A DNA stretch of 64,000 bases from Cyanophora paradoxa CCMP329 (taxonomy: Eukaryota; Plantae; Glaucophyta). Numbering within the stretch: the stretch's first letter is position 1; each line of letters starts with the position of its first letter. The position numbers and the translations under genes were made by a program. Below the pieces are notes generated by a model. It was not told the origin of the DNA and did no database searches. It saw only the letters and a program-made list of their open reading frames with translations. Of this stretch, positions 38,264-48,600 are shown piece after piece. The DNA is taken from positions 186,001-250,000 of the forward strand of contig QPMI01000495.1 of the NCBI GenBank assembly GCA_004431415.1, read 5' to 3'.

Positions 38264-39399
38264 CTACTTCTTCTCGCGCCAATCCGGGCGCGGCGGGTTG
38301 GTGCAATCCTTCACATGGTGGCCGTGCTGGTTGCACCTAAAGCAAGCGCCGCCGTTCCGCTGGGCGGTGGGCGCCTGCTCGCGTTCGACGCGCTGCCGCT
38401 GCGGGGGCCGATAGCTAGACGGCTGGCGCTCAGCTGGTGCATACGAATTACCGGCGCCGACGCCAGCCACACGAAGCGCGTACGCCATCGACGCGGTCTG
38501 CGCGCGGTGCTCCTCCGGCACAGCTGCGAGCGCCTCGGCTGTCTTATCGCCGCCTTTGTCGCGGATATCTATCTTCTTCTTAAGCTCCTCGAGCTGCTTC
38601 AAAGACGCTTTGAGGGTTGCTGCACAGGCGACACACGAGAGGAGCCCCTTGAGCTGGAAACGCAGCTGTATCAGCTGGAACGCAAACTCCCGAAGCCAGG
38701 TATTCTTAAGCTGCATTGCTTCATGCTGTTCGCGCTGCTGCTCCTGAGCGATTTGATGCTGGTGCTCACGGATGGACTCTACCCCTCGGTCTATGCCTTG
38801 CTGAATCTGCTTCTTAATGTACTCATTAAGCTCACCGGCAGGGCTGTTGTGGCGTTGACGACGGGAACCGGGCCGCGGCGGTGCCGAGTGTGCCGGCTGG
38901 GTCCTGGCTGGTCGGGAACCGGCACCTCGAGATTCGGGAACATCTGTGCGGCAAGAGCTTCCTCTCGTGTGGCTGCACCGCCGAACTGCTCACGACGCTG
39001 CACGCCGGCAATCACATCCTCCTCGTCCTCGGAAAATGGCTCCGGATCCGGAACGCCGTCACTGGTGCGGTTTTCGACTGCTGGGGCGGCTGGCGCCTTG
39101 CGCTTGTTGCTGGTTGACTGACGGCCACTTGGCGTTGGAGTAGGCGCCGAACCGTTGTCCTCGCCGCCGGAGTCCGCCGCCTCGGTCACACGCGTGGAAC
39201 GGCGAGCTCGTGGCTGGGCGGATGCGGTCGGCCGCGGACGGGCTGTCTTGCGGGAGCCCGTTGCGGAAGACTTGCCCTTCTTGTTCGACCCCGCCTCCGC
39301 GCAGGCCGCCAAGAGGCTGAAAACGACGACGACGAGAACAAGTGTGACCACCAGAGGGGCCCAGCTAGGGCCCCTCCCACGACGAGCCACGCGACACAT
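38264..39399 (-). CDS. gag: Gag-like ORF1 of element 1 (N-terminal signal peptide, coiled coil, CCHC zinc knuckle; one frameshift at ~38835)
   Basis: MCRVARRGRGPSWAPLVVTLVLVVVVFSLLAACAEA; CFRCNQHGHHVKDC. Confidence 0.75.
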
Positions 39400-39526
39400 C
39401 TTCACTGCTTCGCGCGAAAGAAGACTGAAGGTTGTACCCCTAACAATCATTATATAGAATCAAGGCTGCTTACGGAGTGGCAGGCATACAAAGTCATATG
39501 CTACGCGTTCGCTCGCATATTCAGTA
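39398..39526 (-). repeat. Terminal A repeat (A1) of element 1
   Basis: Starts TACTGAATATGCGAG at the element boundary and ends inside the gag ATG. Confidence 0.9.
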
Positions 39527-40514
39527 TTATCGATACCGTTCATATCAACAAGATCACCGTAATAATCGCAAAACTCTACGGTTAACTCATTAATCACTAA
39601 ATTACGATCGTTTATTTTTATGTATTCTCCATGCTCTCCGCTATGGTATACATACTTTCCGATGTCCTGACTTAATTGTAAACGCAATATTGCGCCTTGA
39701 GTCAGTGTGACACACTAGTACTGCAGCTGACAGACTAGTGACACACTGACAGTACACATGCTCTGTACTTCTACTAAGTAGTAAGTACTAGTACGGTAGT
39801 AGTTGTACCGCCGCTACCGCGGTCCGCCGGCGCCACCGTCCGCGGGCCGGGGAGTCCGGCGGGGACCGGGCCGGGGTAACTCACTAAGTTAGCTAAGTTA
39901 GCTTCCGCCTAATATAAGCAGCCTAATTTTAAAGCACGGCCTTTTTAACTTCACATTACTAAGTTACCGTTAGTGCGCATTCTCTCGAGTTTTTTAGAAA
40001 TGGTTTTTCGGTTTTTCTGACTCTTTCGAGTTGGAGTTTGCTCTACAATTGCTTGGAGTCTTTGACAGCAATCCCGGAGCTAACTTGGAGTTTGATAGAC
40101 AAACCATTCGCAAGTAAGAATCGCAACAACTTGCAGTTGGATGAACTTGGATCGACCCCTTTCGAATTCCGAAGTTTGTAAGTTGATGCAATGATAGCTT
40201 ATAATCGTTGAACGTTTAAGGTGGAGCGCCAAGTTCTTTTTGGCAAGTTGCCAGTGGGAGGAACTTGGAGAAGTTGGAGGCAACTTCATCGATATCAGGC
40301 AAGTTGGACTCTCAGAGTCTGTTGCCAGACTGTTGGATGCTTCATGATCAGCTTTAAGGTTATAATTAACTTGGAGCACATCATGGCATGGGCCATGGCC
40401 AATATTGGAGCAAGCCTTGTCATGATCATTGATGCCTTGAACTTCCAAACTTGGAGGATATCGATGGAGGCCGAAATCCGGATCCCGAAGTCCGGATCAT
40501 CGACCGGATACCGT

Positions 40515-40745
40515 ATAGTTGTTATACGAGGAACGTAGTATAACGTACTTCGGACAGCGTGAATAATGTATATTGTTACATAAATTTCGCACTCTTTGTT
40601 GCTTCGCAACAAGTACTTCTTGGGTACTTGTTGCACCTGCAACAAGTCCTACGAGCTTCCTAAGAGCTGCAGCAGTGAGCTATCGCTGCAGCTGCTGCAG
40701 CTTCTCTTCAGAGTTGCTTGATAGCAGCTTCGCTTCTTGCTCCCA
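40515..40745 (+). repeat. Terminal A repeat (A1) of element 2
   Basis: Near-identical to 63026-63256 (two 1-nt indels); ends at the A of the gag ATG. Confidence 0.9.
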
Positions 40746-41806
40746 TGGCAGCCCTAGCGCGCCCCCGCGGGCGCCTCCAGCTCTCCCGTTTCGTCCTAAT
40801 TGTGTGTCTCCTTGCGCTCCTCGTTTGCCCGGTCGCAAATGGCGCCCGGGGTGCGAAGAGAGCCAAAACCGCGACTCCCTCTCCCAATCCGCCCGATCCG
40901 ACTGTGGCGCCCTCTGCTGGCCCCAGTAGCCCACCCCCTGTTCCTCCAACGCCCACCCCTGAGGCGCCGGCCCCGGAGCCCGGCCCGCCAGTTATCACTC
41001 CTTCAGGCTCGAATATTTGCATCGGAACGCATGGCCCAACAGTGCCAACCCCATCCCAGCAGATTGCAGACCAAACCGTAGAGGCGTTCAATCAGCGTTT
41101 CGCAGCCATTGAACATTACCTCGGCGAAGTGATTGCAGCTCGTACCATAGGTACTGCCACCGCCAATCCAGCCCCGATTCCAACTCCGCCCATTTCGTCG
41201 GTCCCACTTGTCGATTTGACATCGAACAATGGCGGTGAAGGATCATCTTCGGGCAACACTGCGCGTGAGCGTGCTGCACGTACACGTGAGCCCCTTACTG
41301 AGCGCGAACGCCAACGTTTCCACTATAATATTACCCGTTGGAATAACCCTCTAAACAAAGAATTTGCTTTGGACACTCTCGATAATATAGCGTTAGCCGA
41401 GGCCCGTGATTATTCTGCTCTTTATATCGCACTTAGAGACCAACTCAAAAAGATCCAACGCATCAATCAGCTAGGCCTTGATCGTGCTCTTAGACTGCAA
41501 AATGTAAACCAGGCTACTGATGATTTTCAGGAGCGCCAACTTTTGTTAACTGAACAAATGTATCAGCAGCAGTTGCAGCAGTTTACGCAGAATACTGTCA
41601 CAGGCATGCCGTATGGTCGCTCACAGAATTTCGCTGCTCGCCCTCCCGGCCCTCGTCTGGCGGCCTCTGGCCCTACTCGCCCACGGGCTTGCTATCATTG
41701 TCACGATCCATCCCATATGCGTAATGTCTGTCCTGCTTTCCGTGCAGCTTGCCAGAACTGCCCTCCTGGCACTCGCCCGACTCCTCTGCCGACTCCAAAC
41801 TCGTAA
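40745..41806 (+). CDS. gag: Gag-like ORF1 of element 2 (signal peptide, Pro-rich linker, CCHC zinc knuckle)
   Basis: MAALARPRGRLQLSRFVLIVCLLALLVCPVANGA; CYHCHDPSHMRNVC; intact reading frame. Confidence 0.8.
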   Translation: MAALARPRGRLQLSRFVLIVCLLALLVCPVANGARGAKRAKTATPSPNPPDPTVAPSAGPSSPPPVPPTPTPEAPAPEPGPPVITPSGSNICIGTHGPTVPTPSQQIADQTVEAFNQRFAAIEHYLGEVIAARTIGTATANPAPIPTPPISSVPLVDLTSNNGGEGSSSGNTARERAARTREPLTERERQRFHYNITRWNNPLNKEFALDTLDNIALAEARDYSALYIALRDQLKKIQRINQLGLDRALRLQNVNQATDDFQERQLLLTEQMYQQQLQQFTQNTVTGMPYGRSQNFAARPPGPRLAASGPTRPRACYHCHDPSHMRNVCPAFRAACQNCPPGTRPTPLPTPNS

Positions 41807-42054
41807 ATTTATTTCTTTTCACATCGATCCATCAGAATATCGATATTCATGAGTTTTTCGCTACTTATGTACGAGCAGTGTTTTGACGCATGAGGGCATA
41901 TCTTGATAGCAGAACCTGTGAACGTACTTGTGTTTTCTTGTGAGTAATTGATGATGGATTCGAAAATCGCTGCAATTTCTTGATGCCCCAAAATCGCCAC
42001 TGGCGTGCATATGCATGGATGCAATTCGCGAAATCGCCTTTTTATGGCGTACAT

Positions 42055-42352
42055 TGTTGCCACTGTAGTTTAGCTTGCATTCAGGCCTTCGAGCCACTCT
42101 GTAGTATAGTGCTAGTGCGCGGGCTGAGGCTGTAGCACTTCTCAATAGCTCATAGACTTGCCGGTACCTCCGCAGTACCTAGGACTCCTCCGGCGTTGCC
42201 GGTTCGTAGACAGATTCTGTACCCCCCCCTACGTTGTTCGATACCCCCTCAGTCCTGTAAGAAGCCCAGCTGCGACCCGTTCGTGCTACGCCTGCGCGCC
42301 TGCTGCCTAGGCATGGGGCTGGGATCACATTGGGACACTAACTAAGCCTATT
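42055..42352 (+). repeat. 5' LTR (lacks the last ~10 nt of the 3' LTR)
   Basis: TGTTGCCACTG...AAGCCTATT; matches 62275 onward apart from 1-nt indels. Confidence 0.95.
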
Positions 42353-42984
42353 TGACCCTCGCCGGGACGATCGCTGGCCTGACGGCGGTTCGACAACGAC
42401 CCGCCGCCACCTGGCGTGAACCCGCGGGAGGAGAGTGCGTCATCCTCGACGGACGTGCTAGACTACACGACCGCGTGCCCGCTGGACGCGCCGACCGGCC
42501 GGAGCACGACCTAACTGACGGAGCTGACTTCCTTGTCCCTTCGCCAAACTTGTCGCGCGGCGTGCCTTGCTCTACGCAGGACACGTGCGGGAACGAACAC
42601 TCGCTGCAGGCAGTGACCCGTGTCTTGCGGCTCGCTGCCCCAGTGCAGGAGAGAGTGAGGCGAAATCACTCGACCTTTACGTGTAGCGACCCGTGACTTG
42701 CGGCTCGTTACGCCTAAAGGGCAACGTGTATCGGTGCGCGATCTGCACTGCACGTTGCTGTCGCTGTCGTGTCGTACTCTCGTCGCGATCGTCGTGCTCG
42801 TGCACGCGCGCTGAGAGCTCCGCAGCTGTTGACAACACTGTCAGCAGCTCGGCCAACGACACGCAGTGACTGCTCGACTGCCCTCGCCCTCGTAGTCGGC
42901 CACACGGCGGCCGCGATCGCGACGCAGTACGTTACGGACACACCGGCATACGCCGCGTACGTGACACGCAGGACGTAAACGAGC

Positions 42985-43650
42985 AACCTGTACGGATCGC
43001 ACCCGCTCACGTAGCGGCTGAAATCTGTACGTCGATCTTCAGAGCACCCCGCTCAGAAGGTCACCGTCAACCCCGTCGTCAACTTGTACGGATCGCACCC
43101 GCTCACGTAGCGGCTGAAATCTGTACGTCGATCTTCAGAGCACCCCGCTCAGAAGATCACCGTCAACCCCGTCGTCAACTTGTACGGATCGCACCCGCTC
43201 ACGTAGCGGCTGAAATCTGTACGTCGATCTTCCGAGCACCCCGCTCAGAAGGCCACCGTCAACCCCCTCGTCAACTTGTACGGATCGCACCCGCTCACGT
43301 AGCGGCTGAGATCTGTGCGTCGTCGATCTTCAGAGCACCTCAGCTCAGAAGATCATCAACCCCGTCATCTATTTTTACAGATCACACCCGCTCACGTAGC
43401 GGCTGAGATCTGTGCGTCGTCGATCTTCAGAGCACCTCAGCTCAGAAGATCATCCACCCCGTCATCTATTTTTACAGATCACACCCGCTCACGTAGCGGC
43501 TGAGATCTGTGCGTCGTCGATCTTCAGAGCACCCCGCTCAGAAGATCATCCTCGACTTCGTCGCCGGTCTACGGAGCACCTCAGCTCTCAGGACCATCAC
43601 CACCGTACATCTTACTTCAGATCACACCCGCTCACGCAGCGGCTGCACTC
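42985..43650 (+). repeat. 96-bp tandem repeat (~6-7 copies) in the Gypsy 5' leader
   Basis: Units start at 42985, 43081, 43177 and 43273, then diverge; core GATCGCACCCGCTCACGTAGCGGCTGA. Confidence 0.92.
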
Positions 43651-43697
43651 CGTTCACCGACGGTCTTCGAAATCACTCAGAGACCATCAACGTCAAC

Positions 43698-45600
43698 ATG
43701 AACCGCGACGAGCACGGCGGCTCCCGCATCCGGAACCCGGTGCCGACGCACGCGTACGGCGACTCGGCTGAGATTGCGGCGACCAACCGTGCGGAGTCCT
43801 CGCAGCTACGCGGCGGAGTCGACGCAGAGCCCCCGACGCGCGTGAAGATTGCGGAGGGGCTCATCGCCACCAGCCCCGGCCAGCCCCTCAAACCTGAGGG
43901 CGTCATTACTCATATCAACGACGGCCGCGCCATTGCTGCATCGGACCCCAAGAAGTACTCGACCGAGAACGACGGCTCTCAGAAGAGCCTCGCCCTCCTC
44001 CTTGTTCTACTGCAAGCCCTGTCGGCAGGCCTCAGGTCCATCGTATCGACCCTTGTGCAAGGCACCGCTGTCAAGGTCAACGCCAAGGAGGCGGCCGACG
44101 AGAGATGCCAGGAGCTCGGCAAGCGCATCTTGGCCATGAGCAAGACGGAGAGGCAGAGCTTCAACGGGCAGCGGTTACTGGAACGCCTTAAGAAGGCCAA
44201 CGCCGAACTTGAGAGCGCTGAAGCCGCGCTCGATCAACCCGGCACGATCAAGGGCCTCCCCTCATACATGCGATTCCTCATCAGCAAGATTAGCCCCGAG
44301 GAGAGTGAGGCCTTGGACACGCGCCTCAAGTCACCTTACGACGGCAGTCCTTTACCCGACGCGCTGAAGGCCGTACACGACTTACTCCCATCCTCGACCC
44401 TCCTCCCAGACGGACAGAAGATGAAGCCCATCGACATTGTGAAGACGCTGGAGAGCCAGATCAACCGACGCGCTGGGCACAGTGGGGGATCTTACACCAA
44501 CATGAACACCCAGGAGGGTCACAACCGGTACCGTAACTTCCTGAACGCCCGCGACAAGATACCTGAATTGAAGCGGATCGCCCTCGAACACGAACCCGAG
44601 GACGACGCTTCAGCAGACTTCAGGGAAATGAAGCTTGCTTCTTTCATGACCGACGCCTTCGCCGCTATACCACCTGGCCTCTTCGTCGAGGTCCGCTCGG
44701 CATCGACTGGGGAGGCTAAGTCTTCCAAGAAGATCTCTCGAGTCGAGCGGGAACAGCGCCGGGAACAACGACGGGAGCAACGTGCACGACGGCAATCGCA
44801 GAGCTCAGACGACTCTGACGGCTCTGACTCCAGCTCGGGACATTCGAAGCGTAGGAAGAGTTCAAGCCGGGCACCCCTCGGGGCGTCCGCGGTTTACACT
44901 CATCCAAGCTCCGGACAACCGAACCCGAACTCGGCATACACGGCAGCTATACCTGCACCGGCCAACGACAAGAAGCAGACGGGGAAACCCAATTACAATT
45001 ACCGCGCGTTGAGAAGATTACTGCAATTAAACAACGGGAAGGTTACCACCGAGCAGAGAAGCCTAAACACCGCGGTACCAACCACGACTTCTACTGCTGG
45101 CGGTGCCCTGACAATTTACCGCCGGCCGAACGCCACCATTACGCTGACGATTACCTGGAATGCCCACGGCATGACTACCGGTATAAGCTACTGGAGATGA
45201 TCCAGAGCGGCGACAACAACCCAATTGTACGAATGGCGGCAGAAACCTGCAAGATTCCCACTGGCTCAAACGGACAGACGGCGCCGACGCAGCCCACGCA
45301 AAATGCAGCGGCTAACCCGACGTCGAACCTCCAATGCTTTAACTGTCAAGGTTACGGACATCGCCAATCGGAATGCACTCAACCCAAGAAGTGCCGACTT
45401 TGTAACTCAACTGAACACCTCCAAGCAAACTGCCCCCGGAACGGCAACCGTGACGGCGGTGGCGGCGCAGGAGGCGGTAATAAGGACACCTACCCCTGGG
45501 GTCGCGGTGACCGTGGTGGCCGCGGTGGACGAGGTGGCGGACGAGGCGGCGGACGAGGCGGCGGTCGCGGCGGTGGTGGAGGACCTTCATCGCGCCCCCC
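43698..45600 (+). CDS. gag: Gypsy Gag-like region with CCHC zinc knuckles and RGG repeats (frameshift at ~45005)
   Basis: MNRDEHGG...; CWRC..HH..C motif; CFNCQGYGHRQSEC and CRLCNSTEHLQANC; GRGGRGG tail. Confidence 0.8.
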
Positions 45601-48600
45601 CTCGGCATCACTGCCAATGACAATCCTACAACGACGACGGACGCACCAAAGACCCCGGCCACGACGCCGGCGCCTACGTGCCCGTCTGACACCACTACGC
45701 CCCTCACAACAGGTGTACCACAGACCCCGGCCACGACGCCGGCGCCCGTGGGCCCACCTGGAACTACGGCTTCATTACACACGCCGACAGTGCCAACCAC
45801 TGCAACGCAGGCCCCGGCCACGATGCCGGCGCCGACGAACCCAGTGGAGACACCAGTCTTGCAAACTGTGCCGGTACACGTCGCACAGCCAGTTCCAATG
45901 GGAGAAGTGCCAGCCCCGACCACGACGTCGGCGCCAGCACCTACCTCCACGCCTACGGAACAGCAAATCGCAGAACTGGTGCAAGAAGCTAGAACGCGGG
46001 CTACTAAACCACACTTCCAGCCCAGACCTGTTAACGTAACACAAGCTCTATACGACTTGCAGCGAGAAGAAGTACGAGTGTCGGCAGTGACATCGACCGT
46101 CCTCGACAAGGTCAACAGAGCACTGGCTAAAATGGCCAACCTTGGAGCGCGAGCTGCCACCCCAACCCGCCCCAAGAGCAACAAGTATACAACCAAATTT
46201 GGCTTCATTCGGGAACGTATCTCTGCAATTACACAAGCCGCGGCAATCCCAGTACGGCGGATCGAAGTCGACAAGAACGCGACAAAGACCTGCTGGAACA
46301 CGGACACGTGCGCTGAACACCTCCAAGGGCCTCTGGTAAAGACGCTGCAGGACGTTACGGCGCGGGCCGCCAACCTCGGTCTCGAGATCGCGGCAACGAA
46401 GGCGGCACTTACCAGCAAAGGGGGCAAGACCACAAACGTCTCGACGGCAAAGGCTCATGACGGCCAGCCACCCGTTGCCTCGACGGCGCAGAAGCCGGTA
46501 GTGGAGCACGCAACACCGGTCATCTCGCCTACGGTGAACCAGATCGTGGAGCCGGCCGAATGTATCGCTGAGTACGTAGGGCCGCTCACGACGTACCTAC
46601 GAGAAGTACTGGGCTACATGCACAGACGACGCCTCGCAAACCCCGTCTACTTTCGCGAAGTGCCCGGAAGTGCATGGTTCACACATGGCTTCCCTGGCTG
46701 CGACTTCCGACAGGCGTTCATCGACGCTGTCCTCTATTGCCCCCAACTGAAGCACATTACCATACTCTTCGGACACAAGGGTGCGGGACTGTGTGCGACA
46801 GCAGCGGGTGCAAGAGAGCAGGCACTGCAGAACGGCAGTACCGACGTCGATGACGTAACGATGCTTCATCGGTACCCTATCCCTCACGAACATGTACGGC
46901 CCATCTTTCACCACGCTCTTGACTACAACGTCAACAAATTAGCTGCACCTCAACGCCAACACCACCCGTTAGCGGAAACGGCTGGGGAGAGCGACCTTTC
47001 CACATTCCCAGACGTGGTTCAGTACGAGCCTCACGGTGACGTTGGCGGCGAGACAACTTTCATTCACGAGTGCTGTGACCGGTGCAAGCCGATAACAATC
47101 CAGCAGTCGGCAGCCGGAGCACTGGAACCGCGCGAGATTCACGGTCAGAGTCGGCAGCCTTCGAACGGACCGGCGGACCGTGCACTCCACTTGCATCTCA
47201 CGACGCTTGTGGATTCACTTCGCAGCTTGGGCCAGGCCCACCCAGCCAACGCAGCCGCGGGCCGACCTCAGTACATCACACTACTTAAACGCACGGCAGT
47301 GCAAGCATTCTGGAACGGCAACCCAGTTGCGGGAACTGACATGGATCGACCTTGCGTACCGGACGCTCGACCCCTCAGTGGTGACCGTGATCACGAACAC
47401 TGGGATACGTTAGCTGAACATCCAGTCCAGCAACCCCCAGACTTGACAGATCGACTTAATTTGACGACAGCTATCCGGGCTACAATCCTCAGGCGCACAA
47501 CCTCCGCTGACCTCATACTGCTCAATGAGTGGGCGAAGCGGACGGCCAATGCAATCAACACTGGTGCATGGCAGCAGGCCGTGAATTGGACACGGCGGGA
47601 CCGACCATCCGACAACTACAACTTGGAACGAACACTTGCCCCGGCCACGGCCGGCGCAGTACCAGTTCCTACGACACGAGATATTACACCCGCCCCGGCC
47701 ACGGCCGGCGCGATCACCGTCCCTACTGCGCGAGACTCAGTACCTGCCCCGACCACGGCCGGCGCAGTACATGTCCCGCCTCCACCACACTCGACACCCA
47801 CACCAGCAATAGCTGACGGGGTAGCCCAGCCTCCTCCGACATCACTTGAAATGCCATTGGACCGCGGTACCCAATGGACTTCAGAACAAGTATCACTGAT
47901 ACGAGGATGGGCCGAATCAGTACATAATCGCACACGGCGAGAAAACGTTGATCTTTGGGAACTCTACAACTGCAGCCCAACGGCGGCACTCACATGGATC
48001 GTCACCATGATGCCCCCACGACGTACCCCACGATAGCTCAAGCAGTTCTTGACGCTTATCTGGAAACGTACCCACGGAACTCGCTCGTGCCAGAGCCGAC
48101 GAACTCCTCTGTCAAATGGATGCTCGCAACTCGGAACCGGAGTCGCAACGCGAAACCTTCCATGAGCTACATGCGAAGCCAAGCTAAATGCCTGACCACG
48201 GACGCTGTCAGCATCCTGCGGCAGCGATTCCGGGCCGGAAGCAATGGTGACTATAACATGTTTGGAGGCGATAGCTTCTTTACCAAACAGACGGTGAACA
48301 GCGTCTTTGTGAGCCCTGGCGCCCAGCAAATCTACATCCGCTGCGAGGCGGTTGGCTTTCCCGGACCATGCCCGGCAACGCCAGTCGCCCGAACGGCGCC
48401 ATCACAAGGGCACGCAGCCACATGTCACCACCACTGCCAACAGCTGAACATGTTATTTTACCGACGGCACCTTTACAACCCCGACGGACAGTTCACCAGC
48501 ACTCGCGTCGAGATGACTATGAACTGTGGGACGTGTGGCAAGTACCCACTCGTGTCTTATTGCAACTACCCAGACGCCGAGGTGACAGGCTTGTACCCCC

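Larger units (their letters stand above)
36795..39526 (-). mobile_element. DIRS-order split-direct-repeat retroelement 1 (A1-gag-spacer-A2-RT), 3'-truncated
   Basis: 129-bp direct repeats at 39398-39526 and 37314-37442; gag with CCHC knuckle; DIRS-type RT N-terminus; flanked by an 84-85-bp target duplication (36710-36794 = 39526-39610). Confidence 0.85.
36671..39702 (-). pseudogene. C-terminus of a minor capsid (penton)-like protein of Polinton-like virus/virophage/NCLDV type, split by a retroelement
   Basis: Joining 39702-39527 to 36710-36671 gives GAILRLQLSQDIGKYVYH...INELTVEFCDYYGDLVDMNGIDNSFELEFLALGID*. This matches the penton C-terminal pattern I..L.v...D.yG..vDlNG.d.SF.LE. Confidence 0.7.

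Noticed and set aside
39990-40514. Possible hAT transposase C-terminal fragment (DILQVWK...LA) on the minus strand
   Set aside because: The diagnostic S..ER.FS motif was not found; too weak to call.
42985-43650. Regular repeat array resembling CRISPR
   Set aside because: Whole 96-bp units repeat with no unique spacers, there are no cas genes, and it lies in an LTR element leader.
45590-45605. Programmed gag-pol frameshift at the C run
   Set aside because: Indistinguishable from the many other 1-nt indels in this element, which are likely sequencing errors.
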